64,000 nucleotides of DNA, taken from positions 1,116,001 through 1,180,000 of the forward strand of contig CP089274.1 in NCBI GenBank assembly GCA_023920165.1. The letters run 5' to 3'. The notes below the pieces were generated by a model. That model had not been told where the DNA came from. It did not search any database and worked only from the letters and a program-made list of their open reading frames with translations. Below are positions 47,592 to 59,419 of the stretch, piece by piece. A program made the position numbers and the translations under genes. The DNA comes from Curvularia clavata (taxonomy: Eukaryota). Each line of letters opens with the position of its first letter. Within the stretch, counting starts at the first letter, position 1.

Positions 47592-48167
47592 TCATGACGC
47601 TGCTGCGACTTGTGATTGCTGCGCCGACGCTTGAATCTGGATAATCTGGTCGACACGTCAGCATGCACATCCTGACCACTGCCATTGACTGACGTACCTC
47701 GCCCTTGATTTTCTCGCTGTTTTCCTGTATGCTTTGGATTTGCTTCTCAATGTCCTTACTGATACCAGTCAATACAACACTCTACCAATACCAAGCCATG
47801 CTTACATCTGCTTGTCGATAAACTCCAGACGCCCGTTCACAGCCATGACTGCCTCCGTCTTGTCCTGCTTCAACAGCACAGGTCCGATCTGTTTGTAGAT
47901 GTTTGCATCGTCGTCGAGGAGGTCGAATTCCTACAAGAAAAGCGTCTCAGCTTATATCGTGCGCGCGCAGGCCTTGGCTGGCTACCTTCTTGACGGTGCT
48001 GTTCTCTTGCTGTTGCGACTCCAGCTTCTGCCGTGCCTCGACTTTGGTTCCGAGATCTATTCCGACGTTAGCGAACAATCGCCCACTGACCAAGGCAGCT
48101 ACTTACCAGCCTGGAGGCTTTGGTATTTCTCAGAAAGTTCCTGCAGCTTCCTTTGCACTTCTGCCAT
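47592..48167 (-). CDS. YKE2: Prefoldin subunit 6, 4 probable introns (absent from the ORF track)
   Basis: Hand-spliced [86 protein letters not shown]... follows the PFDN6 pattern LE.Q..EN..V..EF ... YK..GPVL..Q...EA...V..RLEFI. Confidence 0.9.
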
Positions 48168-48554
48168 GGCGTTTGTGATGCTGAGTAAGGCTTGACTGAG
48201 GGTTTGGTCTCGTATGCTCGCAAGTCGCAAGTGGGATAACAAACTTTCCCAAAGCGGTTAGAAGCAACGCGGGGCGGGCTAGGTGCCTTGGCCAGAGCCG
48301 TTGGTTACAGCGACTTGACGGTTCTCTCTACGTCCTGCACCGCTCGTTGCAACAACCCAGTTCAAGCGAACCTCTGCCAGAATTACGGCGTACACTGCTG
48401 CCAGCCGTCTCAGTATCATACAGCAGCCGTACTGTGCACCGCAAGAGACCATACTCTACGGATCGTGCATGCCCCACCTGCTCGTTCCTCCGTACACAAA
48501 CGCGCCCATCCACAACAAAGCCCTTGAACACCGTTCAGGCCCACAATAGCAGCC
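48168..48554. promoter_or_regulatory. Probable shared divergent promoter of YKE2 and VPS4 (387 bp)
   Basis: Head-to-head start codons at 48167 (-) and 48555 (+). Positional inference only. Confidence 0.5.
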
Positions 48555-50027
48555 ATGAGCAACGCGGATTTCCTCGGTCGGGCCATCGAAACGGTCAAGA
48601 AGGCCATTGAGACGGACACAGCGGGCGAATATGAGAAGGCCTACCAGCTGTACTATAGTGCATGTCCGTCACTCAACATGTAGCCCCAGACACTTTCGCA
48701 TACTAATATGTACTAGTGGAACTCTTCATGCTTGCTCTCAAATGGGAAAAGAACCAAAAGTCCAAGGAAATGATTCGCGGCAAGGTCGCTGAATACATGG
48801 AGCGTGCCGAAAAGCTGAAGCAGCACTTGAACCAGAATGACGCCTCGAATCGCAAGAAACCAGCAGCTATGGGATCCAACGGCAAAGCAGCAGGCGGGAG
48901 TGGCAAGGGTGGAGGGTACTGTTAACCACAAACTCAAGGGCGCAAGTGTCACCATGCTAACATGTGACAGTGACGACGACGAAGGCGAGCAGGATGCCGA
49001 CTCGAAGAAGCTCCGCGGTGCACTTGCTGGCGCTATTCTCTCTGAAAAGCCAAACATTCGATGGGAGGACGTAGCTGGTCTTGAAGCGGCAAAAGAAGCA
49101 CTGAAGGAAGCCGTCATATTGCCCATCAAGTTCCCACATCTATTCACCGGAAAGAGACAACCATGGAAGGGAATATTGCTGTACGGACCTCCTGGTACCG
49201 GTAAGAGTTATCTGGCAAAGGCCGTGGCGACCGAAGCAAACAGCACGTTTTTCAGTGTATCCAGTTCGGATCTAGTCAGCAAGTGGATGGGTGAATCAGA
49301 ACGGCAAGTTGCAACCACCCCCGTCTTACATGGCGCATGACTAACACCTTACAGCCTTGTAAAGCAGCTTTTCGGCATGGCACGCGAGAACAAGCCCTCG
49401 ATCATCTTCATAGACGAAATCGACGCCTTGTGTGGACCCCGTGGAGAAGGCGAGTCGGAGGCATCAAGGCGTATCAAGACCGAATTACTGGTGCAGATGG
49501 ACGGTGTCGGCAAAGACTCTAAAGGTGTGCTCATTCTTGGCGCAACGAACATTCCATGGCAGCTCGACTCCGCTATCCGACGACGATTTCAGCGACGAGT
49601 ACACATTAGTTTGCCAGATCTCCCCGCACGTATGAAGATGTTTGAACTCGCAGTTGGAAGCACACCCTGTGAACTCAACCAGGCAGACTACAGGAAGCTG
49701 GCAGAGCTTAGTGAAGGCTACTCTGGTTCAGATATTTCCATTGCAGTGCAAGACGCGCTCATGCAGCCGGTACGTCTGATCCAGACAGCAACACATTACA
49801 AGCCGGTCGTGGTAGACGGCCAAACAAAATGGACACCCTGCTCTCCGGGCGACCCTCAAGCACAGGAGAAGTCATGGACAGATCTTGATGGCGACGAGTT
49901 GCTCGAGCCACCTCTCAAGGTCAAGGATTTCATTAAGGCCATCAAGGCTTCAAGACCGACGGTTAGCAGCGAGGACCTCCAGCGCAGCGCCGAATGGACC
50001 AAAGAGTTTGGAAGCGAGGGCGCTTAA
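48555..50027 (+). CDS. VPS4: AAA-ATPase Vps4 (introns 48664..48716, 48916..48970, 49304..49354 GC-AG)
   Basis: N-terminal MIT domain ([16 protein letters not shown]...[13 protein letters not shown]); Walker [18 protein letters not shown]; Walker [33 protein letters not shown]. Confidence 0.97.
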
Positions 50028-50439
50028 TATCGCGATATTTCTGGGACTTAGGGCGGTACTATATACCTTGAAGGCGCTTTTGGTGTTTGTATCTGTGTCT
50101 AGCATAGCGATTTCAATCTGTCGAATCAATGAATATGGTGCCGACGTGAAAGCGTTTGCATCCTCTTCGAATACCCATGTTCTGTTTCAGTATTCGTCGG
50201 AAGACAGAATGGGAAATGAAACAATTATGTGTTCAGGTTGAACTCAATCCTGGTGGAAGTCGGGATCTCAAACTAAACCTACCAATCGCTTGGTCCGCAC
50301 CCGCGATGCTCTGGAGTTGTAGACGTGACGTGACAGTGCCCCGGTACGTACGCTAAGATAAGCATCCCTGTCCCCACCTCTCTCACAAGCAAGCCACTCC
50401 AGTTGCGACCGGCACGGGCACCAACTCCCAGCTCCCGCC

Positions 50440-51810
50440 ATGTCCAACGAAGATGCCGAACCCTCCTACATCGACTACGAGGCCTTTCTCGACCCAGACT
50501 TCTCCGCCACCTCGTTTGCCAACACGCTTGTCCTCTCGACCAACAACCCCTCGGACACCCCGCTAGACCTGTCCACACCACTATCCCGCGTCCTCTTCGA
50601 CGTCCAGGAAATCGACACGCACATTGATACCCTGACAACCAAATCCGCACTCCCTCTCCTTGAACACACCCGCGAACATGCAGACTCAAGTGCGCGCATC
50701 CTGCACGAGGTGGAAGGCCAAGTCGCCAGTCTGACCGAGTCGTACCGCACGCTCGAAAAAGAGGTCATTGAGCGGTACGAAATCGCCGCACAAGTTCAAC
50801 TCACCGCTGAGAGACTCTGCGAGACGGTTAAGCTGGGGCGGGCCGTGGCGCGATGTCTGATGCTGGGCCGGCAGCTGGAAGTCCGCATGGCAGAGCTTGG
50901 AGGCGTGGGCAGCGCGAAGAAGGAAGATCACCGCGCCATGGTGCGCTCGACAGACACGCTGCTGTCTCTGCGCCAGATACTGGGGGCCTCGAAGCCAGGG
51001 GAAGAAGGGGAAGGACTGGATAGGGTGGCCGTGATTAATACGTTAAAAGCGGAGCTGGTGAACCCAGGTGAACAAAGCATATCCTCGCGCGCACACCAGG
51101 TGATCCAGGAGTTTTCCATGTCGTCGTTGCTTTCGTCGTCTACAGCTGCGTCATCTGCATCGTCGTTTGCGCAGAATGAAGATACAAAGGCGAGGACGGT
51201 ATCTGCGCTGTTTACTTTGTATCTTCTTTCCCCGATACCTTCATCATCGTCGTCTACGACTAAGACTTCGGTATTCGAACCAACACGCATGCTCGCTGCC
51301 CTCCAAAAATACCTCCAAACACAACTCAAATCCTCGCTTGCCTCGCTCGCCAGCGCGCTACGTCAACTCCCTTCTCTCGACCGCACGTTGCTCGAGATCT
51401 CGGCCAGATGCCAGAATATCGTTGCCCTGCAGTCCCTTCTCGAATCGACAAAGGCGCCTACGCACCCACTTCTCTTGTCTTCGTCGTCACAGACAAACTT
51501 ACTCCAGCCCCTCCTCCAAGCCCTCGATACCTCATCCCTACCTAGCTATTTCTGGCGCACACTCGCGTCCAATATGCCGCCTAAAGTACAGGATCTCATG
51601 AATAAAGGCGGTGTGTCCGCGCGCACGCTCAAGAGTAATAAGGACAAAGTGGGGGATTTAGTCAGAGAATGCGTGAATCGTGGAAGTCAGTTTCCTGGTA
51701 CTAGTGCGTTTGCGGCAAAGGGAAGTGGTAGCAATAATGCGGCAGCGACGACGACGTGGGAGAGGGAGGCTGCCGTTATGGTGAGTAGTATAATTGGGCA
51801 AATCAGATGA
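50440..51810 (+). CDS. COG5: Conserved oligomeric Golgi complex subunit 5
   Basis: 456-aa ORF. N-terminus DYEAFLDPDFSATSFAN.LVLSTN...D..LDLSTPL.RV.FD.QEID matches the fungal Cog5 N-terminal pattern; also YFWR.LA and WERE.AVM. Confidence 0.85.
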   Translation: MSNEDAEPSYIDYEAFLDPDFSATSFANTLVLSTNNPSDTPLDLSTPLSRVLFDVQEIDTHIDTLTTKSALPLLEHTREHADSSARILHEVEGQVASLTESYRTLEKEVIERYEIAAQVQLTAERLCETVKLGRAVARCLMLGRQLEVRMAELGGVGSAKKEDHRAMVRSTDTLLSLRQILGASKPGEEGEGLDRVAVINTLKAELVNPGEQSISSRAHQVIQEFSMSSLLSSSTAASSASSFAQNEDTKARTVSALFTLYLLSPIPSSSSSTTKTSVFEPTRMLAALQKYLQTQLKSSLASLASALRQLPSLDRTLLEISARCQNIVALQSLLESTKAPTHPLLLSSSSQTNLLQPLLQALDTSSLPSYFWRTLASNMPPKVQDLMNKGGVSARTLKSNKDKVGDLVRECVNRGSQFPGTSAFAAKGSGSNNAAATTTWEREAAVMVSSIIGQIR

Positions 51811-53041
51811 GGAGTCATCAGAACGAAGAAGATACGCGAATCAAGTTACTGCATGGTTGGGTTGAGAGAAAAGTAGATTTGCATTGGTCAAGACATAGAA
51901 TCTAGCTTTGAGCTACCGCCGATACCATGTCGTAAAAGACATTGCTTGGCCGCTCAGAATAGCACTTGTATCATGGCGCCAGTCGCCAGACGGATAATCT
52001 TGTCTTTTCCAGCCGTGCTCTCAAAAGCTTTTTTTCTTATGTTTTACTGATAGGTATGATATAAGTATGGTTTTTGTTGTTTTCTTTCCACTAGAGAGTT
52101 TCTTCCAAGATCCTCAAAAGGATGATTTGTTGAAGGAAACAGCACTTCAGGCGTTGTCTCCATCATCTGACATACTGACTTGAAGGTATACGGATGGATA
52201 ATGGACAGGAATTCTCCAGACTAGTCAAGTATTCCAGCCAGCCAAGCCAGCCAGAAGATGACCAACATTGAGGTGAGCCAATTCGTAGCGCTTGATGATT
52301 GCGGTTTCCAGGGGAGGGAGAGGAACCGCAGGAAAGTCCGTAATAAATGACATGCATATCAGCATGTAACGTATCGGGTCGGATCGAGTGTGATATATTC
52401 AGCCCCAAGTAAAGCTTCCGTCCGGGGCCAGGGATAAAAGAAAATGTCGAAGGGAGAGGCGTGCTGCAGCAGGGAAGGAGCTACATATATCCAGGAGGCG
52501 TCGAAAACAAGGCAAGGTCGAACAAAAGACGATCGTACTGAATCATGATGCTGAATGCAGAAAGGATCCGAGCTTTTGGAAAGACTATACCGAGCGCCGA
52601 TGGTGATGAGTAGAGAATGGAAAGAGAGATTCAAGGAAATAATTGGATGACACAGTGGACGAGACCGTAGAAGTGTCCGAACTAAAAGTGTCTCAAGAAA
52701 ATATATCGGCGAGACCAGCCAACCGAAAAAGCAGAAAACAGTTACGACCCAGGCAAACCTTGGTATATAGTACATAGAAGATGGTCCAGATCGTTAAAAC
52801 CGTATTGCGCCAATGATCCGATCCGTGATACCTGGGAATAAAAACCAGGCGTTCCGTATCGTGTCTTCAGCGGCTGCTCGCATAATTACATAGACAAAGG
52901 AAAAAACGCCAGAACATGTATGTGCAAGTGACACTGACAAATGCCGTGGCTGGCCCCGAGCAGCAAGAAGTTTTGGATATAGGAGAGGCCAAAACAACAA
53001 ACTACTCAGACGGCCAATCCCGCCTGAAGCGGCATTCGGCC

Positions 53042-54676
53042 TTACGAGGCCTGAGGTGGGTTTGCAGGTTGCGGCCTTGGATTTCGCTGAGGGTTCTGGC
53101 CGTTCTGCTGACGATTTTGTTGGTTCTGGGGAGGGCCTCGGCGCTGTCCCTGGAACTGGCCGCCACCGCCACGTCCACCACGGAAACCGCCACGACCGTT
53201 AGAGTTTCCACGTGCGGCGCCTTCCTGCTCTTGTTGCTGAATCTGAGCAGGAGCGCGCGGCTGGTTAGACATAGGGCGGGGGATCGACTCGGGTGATTCA
53301 TAAACGTAAAGGTTCTTCTCGATGACTTGAGGGATGGGCTGGATCTCAGTACCAAGCTCCTGCTCAATCCTGTAAAGGTTGAAGCGATCTTCCCAGTTGA
53401 TCAGGTTAATAGCCAGACCGAGATGTCCAAAACGACCGGAGCGACCAATACGATGCAAGTACGTCTCAGCGTTCTTGGGAAAGTCAAAGTTGATTACGAC
53501 ATTGACTGCCTGGATATCAATACCACGGGTCAGCAAGTCGGAGCAGACAAGGTTTCGGCAAACACCGTTACGGAAGTCGTGGAAGACGCGGTTACGATTG
53601 TGCTGAAGCATGCGTGCGTGAGAATAAAAACAGGAGTAGCCGAGCTCAGTGATCTTCTTTGCCAGAAGCTCGACTCGGTTGGTAGAGTTACAGAAGATAA
53701 TGGACTGGTTGATCTGGAGCTTGTTGAAAAGGGTGTTCAAGCAGTGGACCTTTTGCTTCTCCTCTACAAAGGCGTAGTACTGCGTGATACCGCGCAGCGT
53801 GAGCTCGTCCATCAAGTTGATCTCATATGGGGAGTTCATGTGTTTGTCCTTGAAACTCTTGACGACGATCGGGAAGGTGGCACTGAACAGCATGACCTGT
53901 CTGTCCTTGGGGTGGAAACCAAGCAGCTGTTCAATAACCGGGGTGAACTCGGGGGAAAGAAGCTTATCAGCCTCGTCCATGACAAAGGTCTGGCAAGCGG
54001 AAAGGTCTGCTACGCCCTTACCAGCCAGATCCAAAATCCTACCCGGCGTTCCAACAATGATGTGTACAGGGTCGTTCAATCGTATGATGTCGTCTTTGAG
54101 TCCTGTACCACCGGTAGAGACCATTACATTGATACCAAGGTGTTTTCCCAGCTGCTTGCAGACCTGGGAGGTTTGTAGGGCGAGTTCTCGAGTGGGGACG
54201 AGGATGAGGGCTTGTGTTTTTGGGCTCTTCGGGTTTACGCGCTCAAGGGTGGGAATAACGAAGGCGGCAGTCTTTCCGGTGCCGTTCTTTGCTCGTGCAA
54301 GGATGTCTCGGCCGGTGAGGGCTACTGGGATGGTCTCTTCTTGGATAGGCGACGGCTTCTCGAAACCAGCCTCGAAGATTCCCATCATGAGCTCGCGCTT
54401 GATAAAAAAGTCTTCGAATTCGAGACCCTTGGTCGCGGTAACATCCTACGCGTGTGTTAGTGTGAGCCCCGCCCCGATGCTATGCGCAAGCGTATCATAC
54501 CTCTGTTTGTGGCCGCGCATCCTTTACGGGCGCGTTCAGTCCGGCCTTCCAATTGGCGTCTCCTGATGGTGTAGCATCGCTAGAGACATATCAGTGTGTG
54601 TCCTTGTAATCTAGCGCTTTCGGGCAACTCACCTTAGCTGCGTTGCGGCTAGTTGGTTCGTGATTTCTGAAGTCAT
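53042..54676 (-). CDS. DHH1: DEAD-box RNA helicase Dhh1/DDX6 (two short 5' introns near 54580..54633 and 54446..54500)
   Basis: [75 protein letters not shown]-rich tail. Confidence 0.97.
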
Positions 54677-55593
54677 TGTGTGTGTGTGGAGTCCACCGAA
54701 GGTGGGATTGCGGATCAAGACGTCAAGGTCTATAGATATGGACAGAGTGCGGGCTTAAGTGCGGGGGCTTTCAAGTGGAAGCTCGTATCGTGTGTGCCGA
54801 AGGCAGTGGGGGTCGGCAAGGCTGGAGGAGAGGCAGGTCCCGTGACCGATAGAGACACAAGTTCGAGGATACGGAAGTTTGTTTGCTGCGTCAGGGAAGC
54901 AAGATCAGCCCTGAAAGAGAGTCGCAATGTCGGTGTTTCGCCTTGGGTAGTGGGCGTGGTGATGTGTGGTTGCAGGTGCAGGTTCGCGCAGAAGTGCTGC
55001 AGGCAGTGGGAGTCAGTTTGGGCCTTTCGAGGTGAGGCGCAAAGGCAGAAGTGCAAAATTTTGGGTGGGCGAGGAGCGTTTGTGTGGTGTTGGTGTAGCT
55101 GAGCGGGCCGCTTTATGCACGAAGGAACTTGAAGATGGTGGAGGGCCACGGTCCGTGCGTGCTTGTCATTGGCCCTTCTGACGTCGCTGCCTTGCCTTGA
55201 ACATGCAGCTCTGCCGACAAACATCTTATTTCGCTTTTACTTGCCCTCTCGATTCCCCCTCTGAACTCTGTCCCTGTGGGTTGTCTGGCCAGTGTGGTCC
55301 TGCGTATGATAAGTGGCGAAGTCACTTGTTTTCTGCGCATCGCCTTTTCTGGGTTAGTCCTGGACTCAAACACCAGCACCAGACTATCTCCTGATATACC
55401 AAAATGCATGTGAACTAAAATAAACATGATATGACTGTAAAAATATAGGCAGAGCTAACTTGAGGTAGAGGAGCGACCAGAGTTCTACAAGAATAGGCTC
55501 ATTGTGAGAAGGGTTCAAAAATTCACCTCTGGACATTGCCATCTGACCTGGGGTACAATAACATCTGGGACAATCGTCAAGAATTATTCAACT

Positions 55594-56400
55594 ATGTCTT
55601 CTCTACTGCGCCTCTCTGGAGCCCTCCGTAGCCTTCGGGCGCCCCAACCTACCCACTTCTTTTCTCCATCCCATACACTGCAGCGCTCCAACCTCACCCG
55701 CCCACGCCTCTACTCCAAATATCTCAACCAAAGCAACCGCTATCGCTCTTATGATTCCCAAGTAAAAGCCAACAACACTGTTCTCTACGCCTTAATGGGC
55801 ACCAACATCGCCGTCTTTGGTTACGCCATGTACCTCAAGCAACAAGCGCAACAAGGCTACCAGCTGCCTCTCGTCCGCTTCATCCAAAAAATGACGCTCA
55901 ACTATTCCGAATTCAAGAACGGCGCTTTGCTCCCCTTGATTACATCGACGTTCACTCACCTGGACATTGGACACATCTTTTCAAACATGTTCACCGTCTA
56001 TTTCCTCGGTGGATTCCTCGCTTCAGCCCCCATTATCACTCCCATGCGTTTTCTGACAATAGCGCTGGGCTCAGGTCTCTCGGGCTCGGTCGGTTACTTG
56101 ATGAATCGGTACTATCAGCTGCAGGCCCAGGGCCGCGGCGCCCGCGATCACACGCGCGGGTTGGGCTTTTCGGGTGCTGTAATGGGGATTAGCAGTGTAG
56201 CGGCCTGTTTAGCGCCGCAGGCAAGAGTCGCTATCTGGGGTATCATCCCCATGCCCCTTTGGGCACTGGTTGCGGGGTACGCAGTGTATGACGGATACTA
56301 TCTGAACAGCGCGGATTCGAGGATTGGACATGCGGGACACCTGGGTGGCTTGGCTTTTGGTCTTGTGTATTATTATGCCAGGCTGAGAGGGCTTAAATGA
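55594..56400 (+). CDS. Rhomboid-family intramembrane serine protease, probably mitochondrial
   Basis: Presequence-like R/S/L-rich N-terminus (MSSLLRLSGALRSLR); STFTH....HIFSNM; catalytic GFSG and HAGHLGG. Confidence 0.85.
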   Translation: MSSLLRLSGALRSLRAPQPTHFFSPSHTLQRSNLTRPRLYSKYLNQSNRYRSYDSQVKANNTVLYALMGTNIAVFGYAMYLKQQAQQGYQLPLVRFIQKMTLNYSEFKNGALLPLITSTFTHLDIGHIFSNMFTVYFLGGFLASAPIITPMRFLTIALGSGLSGSVGYLMNRYYQLQAQGRGARDHTRGLGFSGAVMGISSVAACLAPQARVAIWGIIPMPLWALVAGYAVYDGYYLNSADSRIGHAGHLGGLAFGLVYYYARLRGLK

Positions 56401-56887
56401 GACTTTGGAGCTCACAGTAAAGGAACTTCGTAAGCGGGTTTCTCTTTCTCGCTCCCTTGTTCGTCAGTGTATGAGTACGAGACTAGATGCGAACAGTTCA
56501 ATGTTCCCGTCTTCTGTACATTAAGTAAACGTATCTAAATATCAGCGAGAGAATTATCCTATGCCCACGATAACTAAGCAACGCAATCTATTACAAGTTT
56601 CCGGCGTATTTGTTGCACAAACGTCTGATTGCCACGATCTCCATTTTCCATCTATCGCTATGCCAATCCCAACAAGCAGTAAGCGTCCTGTGGTAATGCT
56701 CAAAAACACCATCATAGCGTTCCTGGCTGTTATTATGTGTAACAATTGAACATTGACAAAGGAAAATATAGCGAGTGTCTAGACTCAAGAGCGTCCAACT
56801 TATACTGCATACGGCATGTTAGCAGTCTGGTAGAGCAACAGTGTTAGGATAGATATGTTGCTTACAAGAAGCCTGTTTGGATGCACC

Positions 56888-59419
56888 TCAATCAGCTTTC
56901 CTAAAGGGACTAGGCATCTCTTGTGCTTCACCCGCCCTAGGCGTTGACTCGTCGTTTGTGGGGCTGATAGCTGGAAGCGTAGGTTCTGGTAGTCCCTCTG
57001 GTGTCCATGATCTGTTTGGAGAAGGCGTTGGAGCTGTAGACTCCTGCTCTTTCTCTGGCTCCTGCTTCGTACGACCCGTTTCTTCTTTCTGCTCGCTTTC
57101 ATGAACCTCGTTTCTCTCTGCTTTTTCCTCCTTCTCCTCGACCTTTTCCTCAGCTTTCTCCTCGCTATCCCCGCTTTTCTCCTTATCCGGCTCTTCTTGA
57201 CTAACCTTCTCGTTTTCCCCTTGTGCTACAATCGTCTCATCCTTGATAAGCTGGTTTTCCTCGTTCTTTTCGCCTGTCTCTTCCCTGTCGAGTCTCTTTT
57301 CTTCTCCTATAATGTCTTCTTCCTCGGCTTTTTTCTCTTCCGCTTGTTCCGCGACTTGTGCAACTCCTTGTTCTTCTGCGTTTTGCTCCGGCTTGTCTTC
57401 CTGTTCGTCGACCCGCTCGTCGACTTGCATATCTTCCTGCTTGTCTTCCAGCGCATCTTCTCCAGTATCTTGCTGCTTGTCGTCAGGCTCTATCTTTGTC
57501 TCATCTGCCTCCTCCTCATTCCCCATTTCCCTATCTTCCTCCCCACCGTCAGAGCTATCCTGAATAATCTCCTCTGACAACGCACTCTTGCGTGGCATAG
57601 ACCGCTTCCGCTTCACATTTTCTTTATCTTCGTCAGTGTCTTCACCAACAAGCTCTTCAGAGCGGCCGCTTTTCCTCGGTCGACCTCGCTTTTTCGGCAC
57701 TTGGCCTTTTACTTTCATCTTCGTTGCCTTTGCTGCTTTCTTCTTTCCCGCCTGTGAATAGTCCTCATCTTCATCTGAGCCTTCTTTCTTCCAAGCACGG
57801 CCTTTACCTTTGAAGTGTTTGGGTCTGGCAGGCTCCGACTCGGGTTCGTCTTGTAGTAGCGCCATTGCTTCCTCGTCCAGCGAGGCTAGCAGTGCATCAT
57901 CGATGTTCTTGCTAATCGAAGCGATAGATACTCGCCTGCCTTGTGCAACAGGAGACGAAGTGGTCTCATGATCGTTCGCATCGCCGTTACGTGGCTCGAC
58001 GTCCTCGAAAAGCTGTGAATCATGGTAGTAAGGCCGCTGCTGAGCAGGCTTTCGAGTGCGCAGGCCACGTCGTGTCGAACCTGGGGCGCTTGTTGAAGTA
58101 GGCGAGGCGGCAGCTGAATCTGGATCGACATTTGATTTGGGCGTGGGGTTAGTGTTGATAGTGATGCTTGGCTGGCTGCCCTTGCCGACTGTGTTGGGTG
58201 TCGCCTGTGTGGAAGCGCTAGCTTGTCCCATGCCCCCTGATGCAAATTCCTCGGACTATCATTCATTAGCAATTGTAGTGCCGTATTGAGGAGCAAACTT
58301 ACGGTTTCTTGCTTCTTCGGCGTTTTTCTTGTACTTAGTTTGAGGATATGGCTTTTCTTAGGCGGGTTCGAAGTTGGTGCTGTAGCTGGGGATTTTGGAG
58401 CTGCGAAGAAGTTGGTTACTATATCAAATCAAAACCGCATTCACGAATAGTGGGGTGAAAAGCTCCCAATCGAACTAAAGCTGGCTGTTGATACCCCGGG
58501 GCGAACAGGTCAAGAATCGCACTATGATGTGGGGTGGGGAGCTTCACACATGCTCTTGTACATTACTTACCAGGACGAACAGGCAACGGAGACGCGATGG
58601 CAGAGTTTGCAACCTCATCAATTGTAACATCCATGGGGTCATCCAACTCATCTTCTGGCGAGATGGTCTCTTCCGACTACGTGTGTATTAGTGAATGTAA
58701 GCAAAATGTATGAAGACACTCACAATAGGCTTCTTTCTCGCCTTACGGGTCGAAGTCTTGCGTTTTCCATTCATGGTGATAGTGATGGTACGCGCTGAAG
58801 GTGTCGCATTTTCAGCTCCCGGGGTTGAGGTTTCAGGGTCCTTCGCAGCGTCATCACTGTCACTTGCTGATGCTATAATTTCCTCGGACTGGAAAAGTTA
58901 GTTGCGTTGAGACTTGCGCGTGGACGACACTTACGAGTGGCTTCTTTCGCGCCTTTCGCTTCTTCTTGGCTGATGGGCTGGACTCTTCCAAGTTCGTAGC
59001 CTTGGTCGGTGCTGCTGTACCGGCCGAACGCAACGGTCCGTTGCCATTCAGTGTCGTCGATTTCCTGGGACGACCAATCTGACCACGTTGTTTTGTGGGT
59101 TGAGACTTAGCCTTGGCTGGCTGGCCATTTTCGTCCTGGTGTTGTTAGCAAACACCGAATTTTGGCCCAAAGATGAATTTTGACCCACGCTCGAATCAGA
59201 CTCTTCAAAGATGTGCAGTGTTGTGTAGTACAACGAGAGACCGCTATTATTTTGATTTGAGTCCTTCCAATCATCGTACAGAAGACGAGTGTCGGGATTT
59301 GCTTCTTTCCAGGCCTCGTACTCCTCAAAGCCATGTTTGTCTAGCCATGATGCCGACTGGGCATCGCAAGACTTACGAGCGCCTCTTTTGCCAGATGCCG
59401 TATGGCCGTTGGGTGCCAT
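56888..59419 (-). CDS. AT-hook-containing, largely disordered nuclear protein (introns 59136..59188, 58889..58934, 58677..58723, 58401..58570, 58256..58302)
   Basis: Five GT-AG introns splice ORF 59419 in frame to ORF 56888..58231. AT-hook cores IGRPRKS and KKRGRPRKS, NLS-like basic patches, long E/K-rich C-terminal region. Confidence 0.8.
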
